DNA from: a virus
Virus record (IMG/VR): IMGVR_UViG_3300018080_000148
Coordinates: 1 to 64,000 of that record
Strand: one strand, 5' to 3'
DNA length: 64,000 bases
Below the pieces are notes generated by a model. The model saw only the letters and a list, made by a program, of their open reading frames with translations. It did not search any database and was not told where the DNA came from. This document shows, one piece after another, positions 19,692-29,167 of this stretch (positions are counted from its first letter, which is position 1; every line of letters begins with the position of its first letter). A program made the translations under genes and the position numbers.

Positions 19692-20738
19692 TTAAGACTT
19701 GTATTCGCTCCCATACATTGCATTCTCATCATTCGGCCACAAATATCTTTCCATGTCATCGCCATCCAAGCCCGCCGCTCGGATTGCCATCTCTAACTGT
19801 TCAATCGAAACCCGTCTGGCCTCCTGAGACCAAATCCCATCAGCCGGTGCTAATAAATTCTTCCTCAGCCTAGCCAAAAACCAATTGCGGGTCTGTTCCA
19901 TCCCTTTGGACATGCAACCCTCAGTAAACCCGAGCAGTTCCATTACATCCGCTAAATCAAGCCACAATAAACCCGTCCATTTATCTCCTCTTCTATACTT
20001 CTCTGGATAGGGGCGGTCCTTCGTCCGCTCCACAAAATGAAGCAGCAATTTAATCCAATTTTTTACCAAATAGGCGTCCAGACACCCTTCTGCCCCCATG
20101 GGCCTAAACTCCAACGTCCTGCGATCCCCAATAGTCACCCACTGGTACGTGTTGGCCGTATAATACTTGTCACTCAAAAAACCAATCAAGTTGCCGGGCG
20201 AAGGAAGCCGCTCGTGCGAAAAAAACTGGCTCTGGCCAATGCATTGGCAGTAACGATTTCTCTTCCTTGGAAAAGGCACAGAATCGAGAAAAATAGGCTC
20301 GCACTTGATCCAATGCGCCAGCACAGAACCCATCTGCAAATCATTCAGATCCCGCACCTCGGCGTGGAGGTGGAAAGAACAATCCTCTCCCACCTCTACT
20401 TGAGTATCTCGACCCAACAAATCAACCACCTGACAAATCCTTTTCAAGCCATACCAGCCCTGCGACACAGGCGAACATATCTCTATGCCACAACTCGCAT
20501 CCGTTTTGACGACCCAGTTTGGATTGTTCTGCGAAGCACGCACACGCCACCTGTTAATTGTTACCTTTTCACCAAGAAAATCTGCAAGGAGGTTGCCTAC
20601 ATAATGTATTCCTTGAGGAAGTTCCCTCCTCGCCAACGGATTTTCCCTGAAATTCCGCCTGTCAAATGAATTTAACTCAATCTCGGTTCCAAAACGACGA
20701 TTGTACCGGAATGTTAAAACGTCTTCGGGAGAGTCCAT
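19692..20738 (-). CDS. Putative amidoligase (COOH-NH2 ligase family)
   Basis: RFGTEIE, WVVKTDAS, EICSP, CSFHLH and TLEFR motifs. Confidence 0.85.
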   Translation of the reverse strand: MDSPEDVLTFRYNRRFGTEIELNSFDRRNFRENPLARRELPQGIHYVGNLLADFLGEKVTINRWRVRASQNNPNWVVKTDASCGIEICSPVSQGWYGLKRICQVVDLLGRDTQVEVGEDCSFHLHAEVRDLNDLQMGSVLAHWIKCEPIFLDSVPFPRKRNRYCQCIGQSQFFSHERLPSPGNLIGFLSDKYYTANTYQWVTIGDRRTLEFRPMGAEGCLDAYLVKNWIKLLLHFVERTKDRPYPEKYRRGDKWTGLLWLDLADVMELLGFTEGCMSKGMEQTRNWFLARLRKNLLAPADGIWSQEARRVSIEQLEMAIRAAGLDGDDMERYLWPNDENAMYGSEYKS

Positions 20739-20802
20739 TTATTAACCAATCATTGACTTGACCTACCTCATAGATTATAAAGATAAATAGGAGACGTTGC
20801 CA

Positions 20803-21288
20803 ATGCCAAGAAAGAAGAATTACAAGTGCCTCCTCGTCAAAACCAAGGACAGGAGAAGCTTCTTCACCCACGAGAAAAATCTTCCTGAATTAGTAGAGTT
20901 TTCGAAAACGTTTGGAGCAGAAATATCTGTTGTCCAAGTTAAAGAAGCAGAAGTTCTCGATCTAGTCGGACTGGGCACAGCCATTTGCGATGCCGTCTAT
21001 GCGCCTAAGGCCCAACCCGACTACGAAATTATCGAAACCAAAATCCCCACACGAACCAAAAGACGGTCTCGTATCCTTAAGACTTCTCAAAAAATTCGTG
21101 AATTCATACGAGAGAAATTCTACAGTGGTGAAGTGGTGTCCCTCCAATCCTTGAAGAAGAGGTTCAAGCGATACCGACTCACCTCGGCTTGCTTGTGTAA
21201 CCATTTGAGAATCGTCCGAGAAGAACTAGAGTCCGAAGGACATTACGTCGAAAAAGTGGGCGGCGGGAAATACCAACTCCATAAATGA
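20803..21288 (+). CDS. Hypothetical protein, possible C-terminal winged-helix DNA-binding domain
   Basis: AGGAG RBS; basic C-terminus ending VEKVGGGKYQL. Confidence 0.6.
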   Translation: MPRKKNYKCLLVKTKDRRSFFTHEKNLPELVEFSKTFGAEISVVQVKEAEVLDLVGLGTAICDAVYAPKAQPDYEIIETKIPTRTKRRSRILKTSQKIREFIREKFYSGEVVSLQSLKKRFKRYRLTSACLCNHLRIVREELESEGHYVEKVGGGKYQLHK

Positions 21289-21319
21289 AAAAAGCCCACC
21301 GGCCTTGGGCCGGTGGGCT
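21288..21319 (-). terminator. Intrinsic terminator
   Basis: AGCCCACCGGCC-TTG-GGCCGGTGGGCT with an A-run (U-tract on the minus strand). Confidence 0.75.
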
Positions 21320-21335
21320 CCTTCAACACCATCAC

Positions 21336-22568
21336 TCACTCGCCTTCGCTCAACATTTCGTCCAACGGATTTGCGATCTCTTCATCGCCACCTTCCACGG
21401 GGACATTTTGTGTAGTGTCACTCGTGGACAACTCGATGGCTGCGCCGTAAACGTTCAAGTAATCCACCGCCTCTTGTTCCGTCTCGGCATCAATGATGGC
21501 CGGGCACTTTTGGACCAGTTCAGCAGGAATATCATTCCTCACTTCTGAGGACTTGAACTTGATCTCGCTGTCACCACACCAAGGCTCCAACACCTTGTAA
21601 TTGCCAGACGATACCTTCTCAACACGACCTGCGGCCATCATCACTGACAAAAGGCCACCCAGCGGGTTTACACCTTTGTCGAAATACAGTTGCACTTCGG
21701 ACGTGTTCAAGAACGGTGTGAAACATCGACTCTTGGTGTTGCGGAAACGTAAATTCACACCCAGGGATTTACTGGTGTGTTTGCTGGTGCGCTTCTTATC
21801 TTCCTTCGCTTCAATCTTGGCACCCGCCGCCGTTCTCACTCGACAAGAACAGTAAAACTCCAACGCCTTGCCGCCGCCAGCCCCCGTCTCATCGGAACCA
21901 AACTGCACGCCGATCTTTTGGCGAAGCTGGTTGATGATAAACAGGGTGGCATTGTTCTCGCTCAAGAAGGGGTTGAGTTTGCGGAGGGCATCACCTGCGG
22001 CTCGGGCACGTTCGCCCGGCTTCTCCAGGGAGCCCACGATCTTCTTGAACTGCTCCTTGGTGTAGGTCTCAGGCAGATCCGTTTCTTTCCATTCACGCTC
22101 GGTTGGTGTTACACCAATCGAATCCCACATGAAACAAATGGGTGTATCAGTCCCGTAATGGGCACGAATTTTATTCGTGAGGTTGGTGATCTTGGTCACC
22201 ACCTGCTCGATGCTGATCGGCTCAGCTACCACCAGCTTGCTGGTGTCCACGTGGGCTGCGGTTTCGGCAAAGACCGGGTTGGATGCTCGTTCGCAATCCA
22301 ACATCACGGCAATCCCACCCATTCGCTGGGTAGCGCCCAAAACCGTCAATCCCAACAGCGACTTGCCGCCAGCGGGCGGACCATACACTTCGGTAATCTT
22401 ACCACCGGGCACACCGCCCCCGATAAACTTGCCGCTGCAAATATAGTTCAATGCTAGGTTGCCGGTGTCAATGAAATATTGACTTTTCCCCACGTCCTGT
22501 AGCATCTTAACGCCAGCACTCTTCTCTAACTCGTCGAAGAATGCATCCACCTTCTTTTTCCTCGCCAT
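21336..22568 (-). CDS. uvsX: RecA/UvsX recombinase (an in-frame upstream start at 22775 adds 69 aa)
   Basis: IDTGNLALN, GKITEVYGPPAGGKS, WDSIG, FIINQLR and GGGKALEFY motifs. Confidence 0.93.
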   Translation of the reverse strand: MARKKKVDAFFDELEKSAGVKMLQDVGKSQYFIDTGNLALNYICSGKFIGGGVPGGKITEVYGPPAGGKSLLGLTVLGATQRMGGIAVMLDCERASNPVFAETAAHVDTSKLVVAEPISIEQVVTKITNLTNKIRAHYGTDTPICFMWDSIGVTPTEREWKETDLPETYTKEQFKKIVGSLEKPGERARAAGDALRKLNPFLSENNATLFIINQLRQKIGVQFGSDETGAGGGKALEFYCSCRVRTAAGAKIEAKEDKKRTSKHTSKSLGVNLRFRNTKSRCFTPFLNTSEVQLYFDKGVNPLGGLLSVMMAAGRVEKVSSGNYKVLEPWCGDSEIKFKSSEVRNDIPAELVQKCPAIIDAETEQEAVDYLNVYGAAIELSTSDTTQNVPVEGGDEEIANPLDEMLSEGE

Positions 22569-22809
22569 AACCTCATAGCTCCCATATTTATCATGCTTTT
22601 CATGTTCGATCCTCTGAAATATGTCTCTCTCCTGCTCAAGCCACTCCGAGTGGAATTCACGAGGAGACAGTTCCCTTTTGAGCCTCAGCCAAACACTGAT
22701 TCGCTCCCTGGCCAAACACACCCCATACCAATACTCTTCATTCTTTTCATGCTCATGTATCCAGTAATTTTTCATGTGCCTCCTTAGATGTAACTCCCTC
22801 CAAAAGAAC

Positions 22810-22842
22810 AAAAAACAAGCCGGGCCATTTGGCCCGGCTTGT
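22810..22842 (-). terminator. Intrinsic terminator
   Basis: ACAAGCCGGGCCA-TT-TGGCCCGGCTTGT with U-tract on the minus strand. Confidence 0.75.
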
Positions 22843-22856
22843 CGAAGGAGCGACGA

Positions 22857-23849
22857 CTACTCAATGTCGATGCCCTGGATTTGGGCCATAAAGTCGTCTT
22901 CGGATAGCGGCTTGCTTTCACTCACTTCCGGTTCCGCCTTGGCCTCGGGAGCAGCCTCGGGGGCGGGCTCTTCGGCCTTGGTGGTGGTGGTCACGGTGAC
23001 GGTGGCTTCGACTTCGGAACCGCTGTCTTCCTGGGTAGCACTGCCACCTTGGAATTCGGTCGGGTCGAATTCGGAATCCTCGTCCTTCTCCAGACCGAGG
23101 TGAACCTTCAACTGGTGCTTCAGCGGCTCGTATTCGAGCAAGCCGTTTTCACGCAAAGCAGCCAAGTCGTGGAGGTTGGCCAGCCATTCCTTGACCTGAT
23201 CGGGGTCGCCGAGCGGCGACACGTCGAGGAACTTGGAATCGCTGTAGTTCGGGTAAGCTTCTCGACCACTCTGACGCATCGTCTTGATGATCTTGAAGTC
23301 CCGACCGGTCTTCAGGTCGGTCACGTCACCCAACGGATCTTCGTTCAACTCCTTGTCACCCACGATGGCGGTGATGATTCTCTTGTGAAGCGTCTTGCCG
23401 ACGCTGAGAATCTTCGGGCCGACGTTTGTCTCGACCTCGCCGTTGGAGTTGACTTGTTGTCGAACAAGCACGTTGTAGTAGTAACGCTCAATCGGCTTGA
23501 TGGCTCTGGCGTTGTTTTGCGTTTGCTCAGCCAGATCCGGAGCCTGCTTTTCAGACTCCTGCCACAACCAATTGTAGTAACGACAGACGGGGCAGTCACC
23601 CATCCAACGCTTGTCTTCAAGCTGCTTGAGGCACTGATAGTTGCGCCCGTTCAGCTTGTGGACTCGTGTGGACTGGTAAAAGGGAGGCTTCTCCCGATTG
23701 AATGTCCCCTTGGGGGCGGGCGGCAGCAGTCTGACGACCACCACGCCGTTACCATCCGGCATCTTGACGAAGTTGTTCAGGAAACCGGCACCGGGCTGAG
23801 TGTTCAGCCGTTCGTTTTCTTGGATCAGTTCTTGAATGTCTAATCCCAT
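22857..23849 (-). CDS. T4 gp32-like single-stranded DNA-binding protein
   Basis: VRLLPP, H..C...CPVC zinc site, YYYNVLVR, GRDFKIIK, YPNYSDSKF and an acidic tail. Confidence 0.88.
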   Translation of the reverse strand: MGLDIQELIQENERLNTQPGAGFLNNFVKMPDGNGVVVVRLLPPAPKGTFNREKPPFYQSTRVHKLNGRNYQCLKQLEDKRWMGDCPVCRYYNWLWQESEKQAPDLAEQTQNNARAIKPIERYYYNVLVRQQVNSNGEVETNVGPKILSVGKTLHKRIITAIVGDKELNEDPLGDVTDLKTGRDFKIIKTMRQSGREAYPNYSDSKFLDVSPLGDPDQVKEWLANLHDLAALRENGLLEYEPLKHQLKVHLGLEKDEDSEFDPTEFQGGSATQEDSGSEVEATVTVTTTTKAEEPAPEAAPEAKAEPEVSESKPLSEDDFMAQIQGIDIE

Positions 23850-23951
23850 ACTCTCATCTCCTCATTCAGTTACAGAAAGTTACAGAAAGTTAAACAGTTA
23901 TGCAAAGGTATGATCGGCTTTTATGGTTCCAAATTTTCCAAAATCCGAAAA

Positions 23952-24461
23952 TTATTTTTCCTCCTCTTCTTTTCGGATGTCTTCCCGTACTTGCATGATT
24001 ACCTCGCCGAGCCAATTCTTACCTCTCCACTTACTCTTATCATGCGCTCGGGGGTCGTCCTCACCGAGGGCGATTCCCCAAATATCATCGTAAGGACTGG
24101 CCTCGACTATAGTCTTCTCGCCAGTTTCCATCAAGACCAACTTCATGCCTTCATTTTGAGTGAACTTAGCGTAATTCGCCTTGTACACAACATTCCAACA
24201 GTAAGGTTTTCCATTGTCTTGAATTTCTTCCCATTTGGCCTTATTAAAGCCACGAACCCTGCGACCCCAACTCTTTTGGGTCTTGGGGTCATATGCTTGC
24301 ATGATTTTCGCTTCGGCCTGCTTATCGCCGAATAATCTGGCCTTTTCCGCCATCATATACTGCTCGTTGCAGTTGTAAGTTACCCCATCGATCTCAATGT
24401 CAACATGGTTCCACTGCGAGAAAGGCCCGCCCCAAAACAAATGAAATTGTTCCTCCGACAT
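23952..24461 (-). CDS. NADAR family N-glycosidase (YbiA-like)
   Basis: FSQW, EQYMMAEKARLFGD, KFTQN, VEASPYDDIWGI and GKNWLG motifs. Confidence 0.92.
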   Translation of the reverse strand: MSEEQFHLFWGGPFSQWNHVDIEIDGVTYNCNEQYMMAEKARLFGDKQAEAKIMQAYDPKTQKSWGRRVRGFNKAKWEEIQDNGKPYCWNVVYKANYAKFTQNEGMKLVLMETGEKTIVEASPYDDIWGIALGEDDPRAHDKSKWRGKNWLGEVIMQVREDIRKEEEEK

Positions 24462-24474
24462 GCTAAATATCCTT

Positions 24475-25590
24475 ATGGAATTTCGTGAATGGCTCTTATG
24501 GGAAGCTGGCTACGGGCCAGTTACCGATCCTTACGAAGCTCTTCAGCTTCTTGGATTGGATGATTATAGCGGAAAAAGGCTTGATGACACAATATTAAGT
24601 TCGGCCTACAGGATAGCGGCACGCAAAACCCACCCCGACTCCGGTGGAGACAAAGAAGAATTCCAAAAGGTTGCCGCAGCATATGAGATATTAAGGGCAT
24701 TCGCCGACAGTGGGCAAACTCTCCCAACCACCCCCGGCCAGACAAGAGCCCATACGGGATTTGGTAGTGGATTCGGCACAAGGCCACCAGCCCCGAACGT
24801 GCCCACAAGAGACAGGCCAGAAGAGGCACCTGTATATTCAGAAGCCGATCTTAAGCAATGGGCAGAACAAGTCGCTGCTAAAGGATTTGTACAAGTCATT
24901 CAAAAAGAAAAAAAAGACACCTTGGGCGCAATGGGGCATTGGCAATATCCCATGGGCAGTAAAGTTCGCACCTGGAAACTGTCCCGTTTTGGGAACGACA
25001 ACCCCGAAGGTATCATCACTACCGTCCGGGACATCATGCGACAAGCTAGGGTTGAAGAGCCTTGGGCTGATAAAGTGGTCCAAATTAACATTTATGATGC
25101 TTACGCTTTCATCAACTTCATATGGCCGCTCTCAGAAGATGCCATAGAACATAACAAGAGAACAGCGGCACATTTATCTAGATTGTTTGGGCGTGAATAC
25201 AAGGCCGATACCTTTGGCTACTGCACCATAGAATTTAACGCTCCTCCGAAACCCAAGAAAAAAGGCGGCGGCATGAAAGCCAATGCGGTTTCTGAATACC
25301 TAGCAAACAATGGATTGAGATACGTGGGCGGTGGCGGCAAGAACACCTACTACGGGCTGACGGCACACCAAGAAGGAAAAACACCATTGGGGTACGTTGT
25401 GAAATTGCAAAAAGCCGTATTCAAGTGTGTTTATCGCTACCGCTACACAGGTGGCTACCGATCCGAAATTAGAGAAGTTGAAAAGTTCAGCAAACCCTAC
25501 GGCCAATTAACGCCCGAGATCCTCGACAAAGTGATCGAATGGGTTAAGGCGATGTACGAAAAACACGGTCTTGGTGAAGATAGGGACTAA
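24475..25590 (+). CDS. J-domain (DnaJ-like) protein with capsid-targeting-like N-terminus
   Basis: DPYEALQL...AYR...HPD..GDKEEFQKVAAAYEIL; starts MEFREWLLWEA, 5 nt after CTAAATA. Confidence 0.8.
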   Translation: MEFREWLLWEAGYGPVTDPYEALQLLGLDDYSGKRLDDTILSSAYRIAARKTHPDSGGDKEEFQKVAAAYEILRAFADSGQTLPTTPGQTRAHTGFGSGFGTRPPAPNVPTRDRPEEAPVYSEADLKQWAEQVAAKGFVQVIQKEKKDTLGAMGHWQYPMGSKVRTWKLSRFGNDNPEGIITTVRDIMRQARVEEPWADKVVQINIYDAYAFINFIWPLSEDAIEHNKRTAAHLSRLFGREYKADTFGYCTIEFNAPPKPKKKGGGMKANAVSEYLANNGLRYVGGGGKNTYYGLTAHQEGKTPLGYVVKLQKAVFKCVYRYRYTGGYRSEIREVEKFSKPYGQLTPEILDKVIEWVKAMYEKHGLGEDRD

Positions 25591-25961
25591 CGGTTCATCA
25601 CGTTGGACAAATCAACCCATCCCCATCTCGGGTATTCTCCGGGATTTTGAGGGGCCATAGCCGCTTCGGTGTAGTTCCAGTCTTGCCCCATCTCAGTCGA
25701 GTGTCGGACATGAATGCACTTCCCCTCCCCGTCCAATTGATGCAACGCATCGCAAATACCATCCTGATAGTCGCACTCTTCGGCCATAGCCAGAAGCTCG
25801 TCCAGCGGATAGTCGTCATCAGACCACCCCATTCCAAGACAATCATAACTGTTGATGCGAACAAACTCTTGCCCTGCTGGACTTTCCAACACCAAGTAGT
25901 TTAAGGGATGCTTCTCATCAAAAAGCTCACGAAGCCTCTTCATCTTCAGCCAGTAATTCAT
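25587..25961 (-). CDS. Hypothetical protein
   Basis: Start MNYWLK with AGGA RBS. Confidence 0.55.
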   Translation of the reverse strand: MNYWLKMKRLRELFDEKHPLNYLVLESPAGQEFVRINSYDCLGMGWSDDDYPLDELLAMAEECDYQDGICDALHQLDGEGKCIHVRHSTEMGQDWNYTEAAMAPQNPGEYPRWGWVDLSNVMNR

Positions 25962-26478
25962 CTTTTGTCCTAACCAATGCACCACTGCACATGGTCATTG
26001 TTTTCTCTCGCATCATCGTTAATGCTTCTTGAATTCCAACATCTGGCAATTCCGGCAAGCCGAACTTTTTCAAAACTTCAATCGGGACTATAATGGTTGA
26101 AGATTCATCTTCCTGTTTTTCAAAATCTTCAATCACTTCAAGTTCATTACCTGGAATGTGTCCAATGTGCGGAAGGTCTTTACATGCCTCCCTCTCCCAG
26201 GAGCGGAAGTTCTTCTCGTGTTCATAAGAATGAAAAACAACCGGTGTGATGACTACCTCGGCTCCACCATTGATTACCTGCAACCCCTGTGTGATGGTGC
26301 AATTACCATACACATCTTTAAAGTCAAAACTCTCGGGGTCTATCCAAGTGGCCGCATCTTCCTCTTTGATGTGTACATCACAACGCCTAACATAAAGTGA
26401 ACTGGAATGAGGGTATCGAATGAACCTTTGTCCCTCAAGCTTCCTGAGGGCGTCCTTAGGAATCGCTTTGTTTTCCAT
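25927..26478 (-). CDS. Hypothetical protein
   Basis: Start MENKAIP with GGAG RBS. Confidence 0.6.
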   Translation of the reverse strand: MENKAIPKDALRKLEGQRFIRYPHSSSLYVRRCDVHIKEEDAATWIDPESFDFKDVYGNCTITQGLQVINGGAEVVITPVVFHSYEHEKNFRSWEREACKDLPHIGHIPGNELEVIEDFEKQEDESSTIIVPIEVLKKFGLPELPDVGIQEALTMMREKTMTMCSGALVRTKDELLAEDEEAS

Positions 26479-27103
26479 GACAATCTCCACAAAGGTACTC
26501 GAACATGTTATTGGTGCCCCAAAACAATTCTTTGCCGGTGTCTTGAGTTTTGCCACATTTGGAGCAATGCATCGGTCTGATTTTATGCTGGACCTCATCA
26601 CACTTCTCTGAAAGCGCCCGCATCTTCTGAAACAACTCTGCACCATAAATGCGGCCCGTGTGTTTATCATCCGCTTCCTGGAACTCGCCTCGGAGCTTCT
26701 TCTGGATCTTTTTTCGTCGGCTGCAACACGACCTTGTTTTGCGTTCGGCCCGAAGACCCTGCTGCTTGGAAGCAAAGTTGGCCTTAATCCCTTCCATGAG
26801 TTTGTGGCCCGCACTCTCATTCCTGGTCTTTACCTGCACCGAAAAAGACTGCTTGTCACTCACCATTTCCTTGGGAACCTCTTTCCACTCCACTCCCGAG
26901 TCAATTCCCGCTCTTTCCAGTTTCCTCGCCACCTTCACATCTTTGGCTGCGATTTTCTTCGCCCGAGCTACATCCCCCGACGTGAGATTGTCCCCCCGAG
27001 TCAACTTGTAAGTCACCAGGGCATCCTTCACTATCTCCAATACCTTCAGACGATTTTCCTCCTGCTTCTCCGCTTCCTGTAGCCAAAAGTTCTTGCTGCT
27101 CAT
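26456..27103 (-). CDS. Hypothetical protein with C-terminal CxxC...CxxC
   Basis: Start MSSKNFWLQE with AGGAG RBS. Confidence 0.6.
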   Translation of the reverse strand: MSSKNFWLQEAEKQEENRLKVLEIVKDALVTYKLTRGDNLTSGDVARAKKIAAKDVKVARKLERAGIDSGVEWKEVPKEMVSDKQSFSVQVKTRNESAGHKLMEGIKANFASKQQGLRAERKTRSCCSRRKKIQKKLRGEFQEADDKHTGRIYGAELFQKMRALSEKCDEVQHKIRPMHCSKCGKTQDTGKELFWGTNNMFEYLCGDCHGKQSDS

Positions 27104-27350
27104 TTTCTCTCCTGAATAGCGACCATAATTGCGGCAGGTCTCTCTTAAAGGCATTGACGAACTGGTGCCGCACCGGCCAGATCGCATAAACCATGAACAA
27201 GGGGAACGATATGGCAAACACACCAACCCACCACATCCACATGGGCGTGATGGCCAGGGCAAACAAAATACACCCCAGCGCTATCACAATGTCAATCGTC
27301 TCATCCTTCAGACTCGTCCACCAAGATTTCTGGCGGTCCATCTTCCTCAT
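26901..27350 (-). CDS. Small membrane protein (two predicted TM segments)
   Basis: IVIALGCILFALAI and WWVGVFAISFPLFMVYAIW hydrophobic runs; AGGAG RBS. Confidence 0.5.
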   Translation of the reverse strand: MRKMDRQKSWWTSLKDETIDIVIALGCILFALAITPMWMWWVGVFAISFPLFMVYAIWPVRHQFVNAFKRDLPQLWSLFRRENEQQELLATGSGEAGGKSSEGIGDSEGCPGDLQVDSGGQSHVGGCSSGEENRSQRCEGGEETGKSGN

Positions 27351-27759
27351 CTCCTATGTGCGCCTCGATTCCTTTTGCCTTAAGTTCTTCCTTGGCCCTC
27401 TTCTCAAGCTCATCGAGTTTTTCTTTCAGAGTCGTCAGCCCTTCAGCCTCCAACTCCTCATTGAGTTTTTTCTTCTCGCCCTCCTCCTTAAGATACTCTT
27501 CTTCCAAGGCTTCTAGAATCTGGTAATTCTTCTCTAGCTGCGCCCGAACCTCTTCCTCCCGCCGCTCATCACGCTCCTTCTGTTTTTCGGGATCATTGAT
27601 GATGGGACGAATTTTCTCACGGGTTCTGTGGGCTGCCCGCTCGGCACGCTTCCTTGCACGATTATCGGCTTTGATTTTCTCACTCCGACGTTGAGCCTTC
27701 TTTTTCCTGTCAGCTTCCTTGCTATGCTTCTTGCGTTCTTTGAGTTTTTTGTTACCCAT
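27301..27759 (-). CDS. Charged coiled-coil hypothetical protein
   Basis: Start MGNKKLKERKK; K/R/E-rich. Confidence 0.6.
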   Translation of the reverse strand: MGNKKLKERKKHSKEADRKKKAQRRSEKIKADNRARKRAERAAHRTREKIRPIINDPEKQKERDERREEEVRAQLEKNYQILEALEEEYLKEEGEKKKLNEELEAEGLTTLKEKLDELEKRAKEELKAKGIEAHIGDEEDGPPEILVDESEG

Positions 27760-28390
27760 TAAACCTAATTGCCTCCACGGTTGTGCCGCCTTGCTCACGA
27801 GTGGGCAGCCAGATTGTCTTCCACGTATTGGGCAGGCGATCATTCAATTCCTTGAAAACACGATCCTTCATGCGTTCAACGAAAGCCTCTGCCTTTTCAG
27901 TTGGAAGTTGACCAACTTCCACATAAAAGATCAACAGCCCCTCAAGAGGCGGCTGGTCCAACTCGGTCTTCTTGGCCTCTATGAAATTATAATACTTGGA
28001 AAGTGCTTCTCCAAGCTTCTTCTCGTCCACAATGTCTGGATGCTTCATTGGAGGGAGTTTTCTTTTAACTTCATCTTCAGCCTTAACTCTTTTCATGAAC
28101 TCCTCCAACTCTTCACCTTCTAGCCCATCATACACTTCGGCGTTTGAGGGAACTTCCTGATAGTGGGAAACCAAGTGTTTGCAATAGGCGTTCGTGTCTA
28201 TTGGGTGCTCTGCTGGCCTAGTCATATCGAGCATGTCATCCTCTACTGGATCGCAATAGCTGCACTTACAACCTTGTTTGTGATCGGCTGCAAGCTCGTC
28301 TCTATGCTTAAGCGAGTCCCTATCAAGCTTCTTTTGATATTCCCCAATCCTGTTAGACTGTTCCTCCCAATAATTTTCCACACTGTTCAT
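27752..28390 (-). CDS. Hypothetical protein with a portal (gp20)-like motif
   Basis: IFYVEVGQLPTEKAEAFVERM resembles the T4 gp20 conserved segment (recalled as FYIDVGNLP..KAE). Confidence 0.55.
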   Translation of the reverse strand: MNSVENYWEEQSNRIGEYQKKLDRDSLKHRDELAADHKQGCKCSYCDPVEDDMLDMTRPAEHPIDTNAYCKHLVSHYQEVPSNAEVYDGLEGEELEEFMKRVKAEDEVKRKLPPMKHPDIVDEKKLGEALSKYYNFIEAKKTELDQPPLEGLLIFYVEVGQLPTEKAEAFVERMKDRVFKELNDRLPNTWKTIWLPTREQGGTTVEAIRFNG

Positions 28391-28391
28391 G

Positions 28392-29159
28392 TTATCCCCT
28401 TAAATCTGGTACTCCGAATTTGTCATCCACCCCATCCCAAGCCAACGTTGGCTCTTCACCAGCCGGTGGGCCCTGATTCTCAAATGGACCATCCAACTTG
28501 CCCGGCAAGTTGAAGTGAATGCTGTTGATTGTTCTTTTTTGCCCTGCATCATCGACTGTTACATAGTCCATCCCCGCCTGCGCATTGGGATTGGGCTTCT
28601 CATCATAAATCGGGTACTTTTGCCCCCGAGTAAATGGAAGCCCTCGCTTGGCAATCTCATCCCGCAGAAAAGCGGGCGGATCAAACACCTCTTCCCGTAA
28701 CGCACGACCAAGATTGACGGGCGCACGTGGCTGCGGAGCAGTCACGTTGGGTCTTCTTGGGGGAGATGCCCCTCCCTGCTGTTGAATAATTTGCCCCAGC
28801 AAGTCGGGATTCGCAGCCAACAAGGCCGCTAATTGATCTCTCGGATTAGACGACTCTTCCGGAGATTCTTCTGAGACCATGGCCGTGGGGCCATCGTCGA
28901 ACTTGAACTTCTTGTTTTTAATCATGAAGCCGTCATCGACTTCTCTGTAGTTCAACTTCTTCTTGGTGTACTCGTAGATCTCCACATCCGTCACTAAAAT
29001 ATTACGACGTGCCAATTGTGCAAAGATCTTGGCGGCGGCTGCCTCTAAAGGAATGTCGTCATTGGCTTTGCCCACTCGAACCTTCCGGGTCAACACTTCA
29101 TCGCCATATTTTCCTTTTTCAATTTCCTCCTGAAAATGAAATATCAGTTCATAACCCAT
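28392..29159 (-). CDS. Hypothetical protein
   Basis: AAGGAG RBS, 255 aa. Confidence 0.7.
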   Translation of the reverse strand: MGYELIFHFQEEIEKGKYGDEVLTRKVRVGKANDDIPLEAAAAKIFAQLARRNILVTDVEIYEYTKKKLNYREVDDGFMIKNKKFKFDDGPTAMVSEESPEESSNPRDQLAALLAANPDLLGQIIQQQGGASPPRRPNVTAPQPRAPVNLGRALREEVFDPPAFLRDEIAKRGLPFTRGQKYPIYDEKPNPNAQAGMDYVTVDDAGQKRTINSIHFNLPGKLDGPFENQGPPAGEEPTLAWDGVDDKFGVPDLRG

Positions 29160-29167
29160 GTTGCTCC

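Noticed and set aside
23049-23843. Long antisense ORFs (e.g. 23049-23843, 21777-22457, 16887-17549, 7031-7741)
   Set aside because: They shadow well-supported minus-strand genes and have no motifs or RBS.
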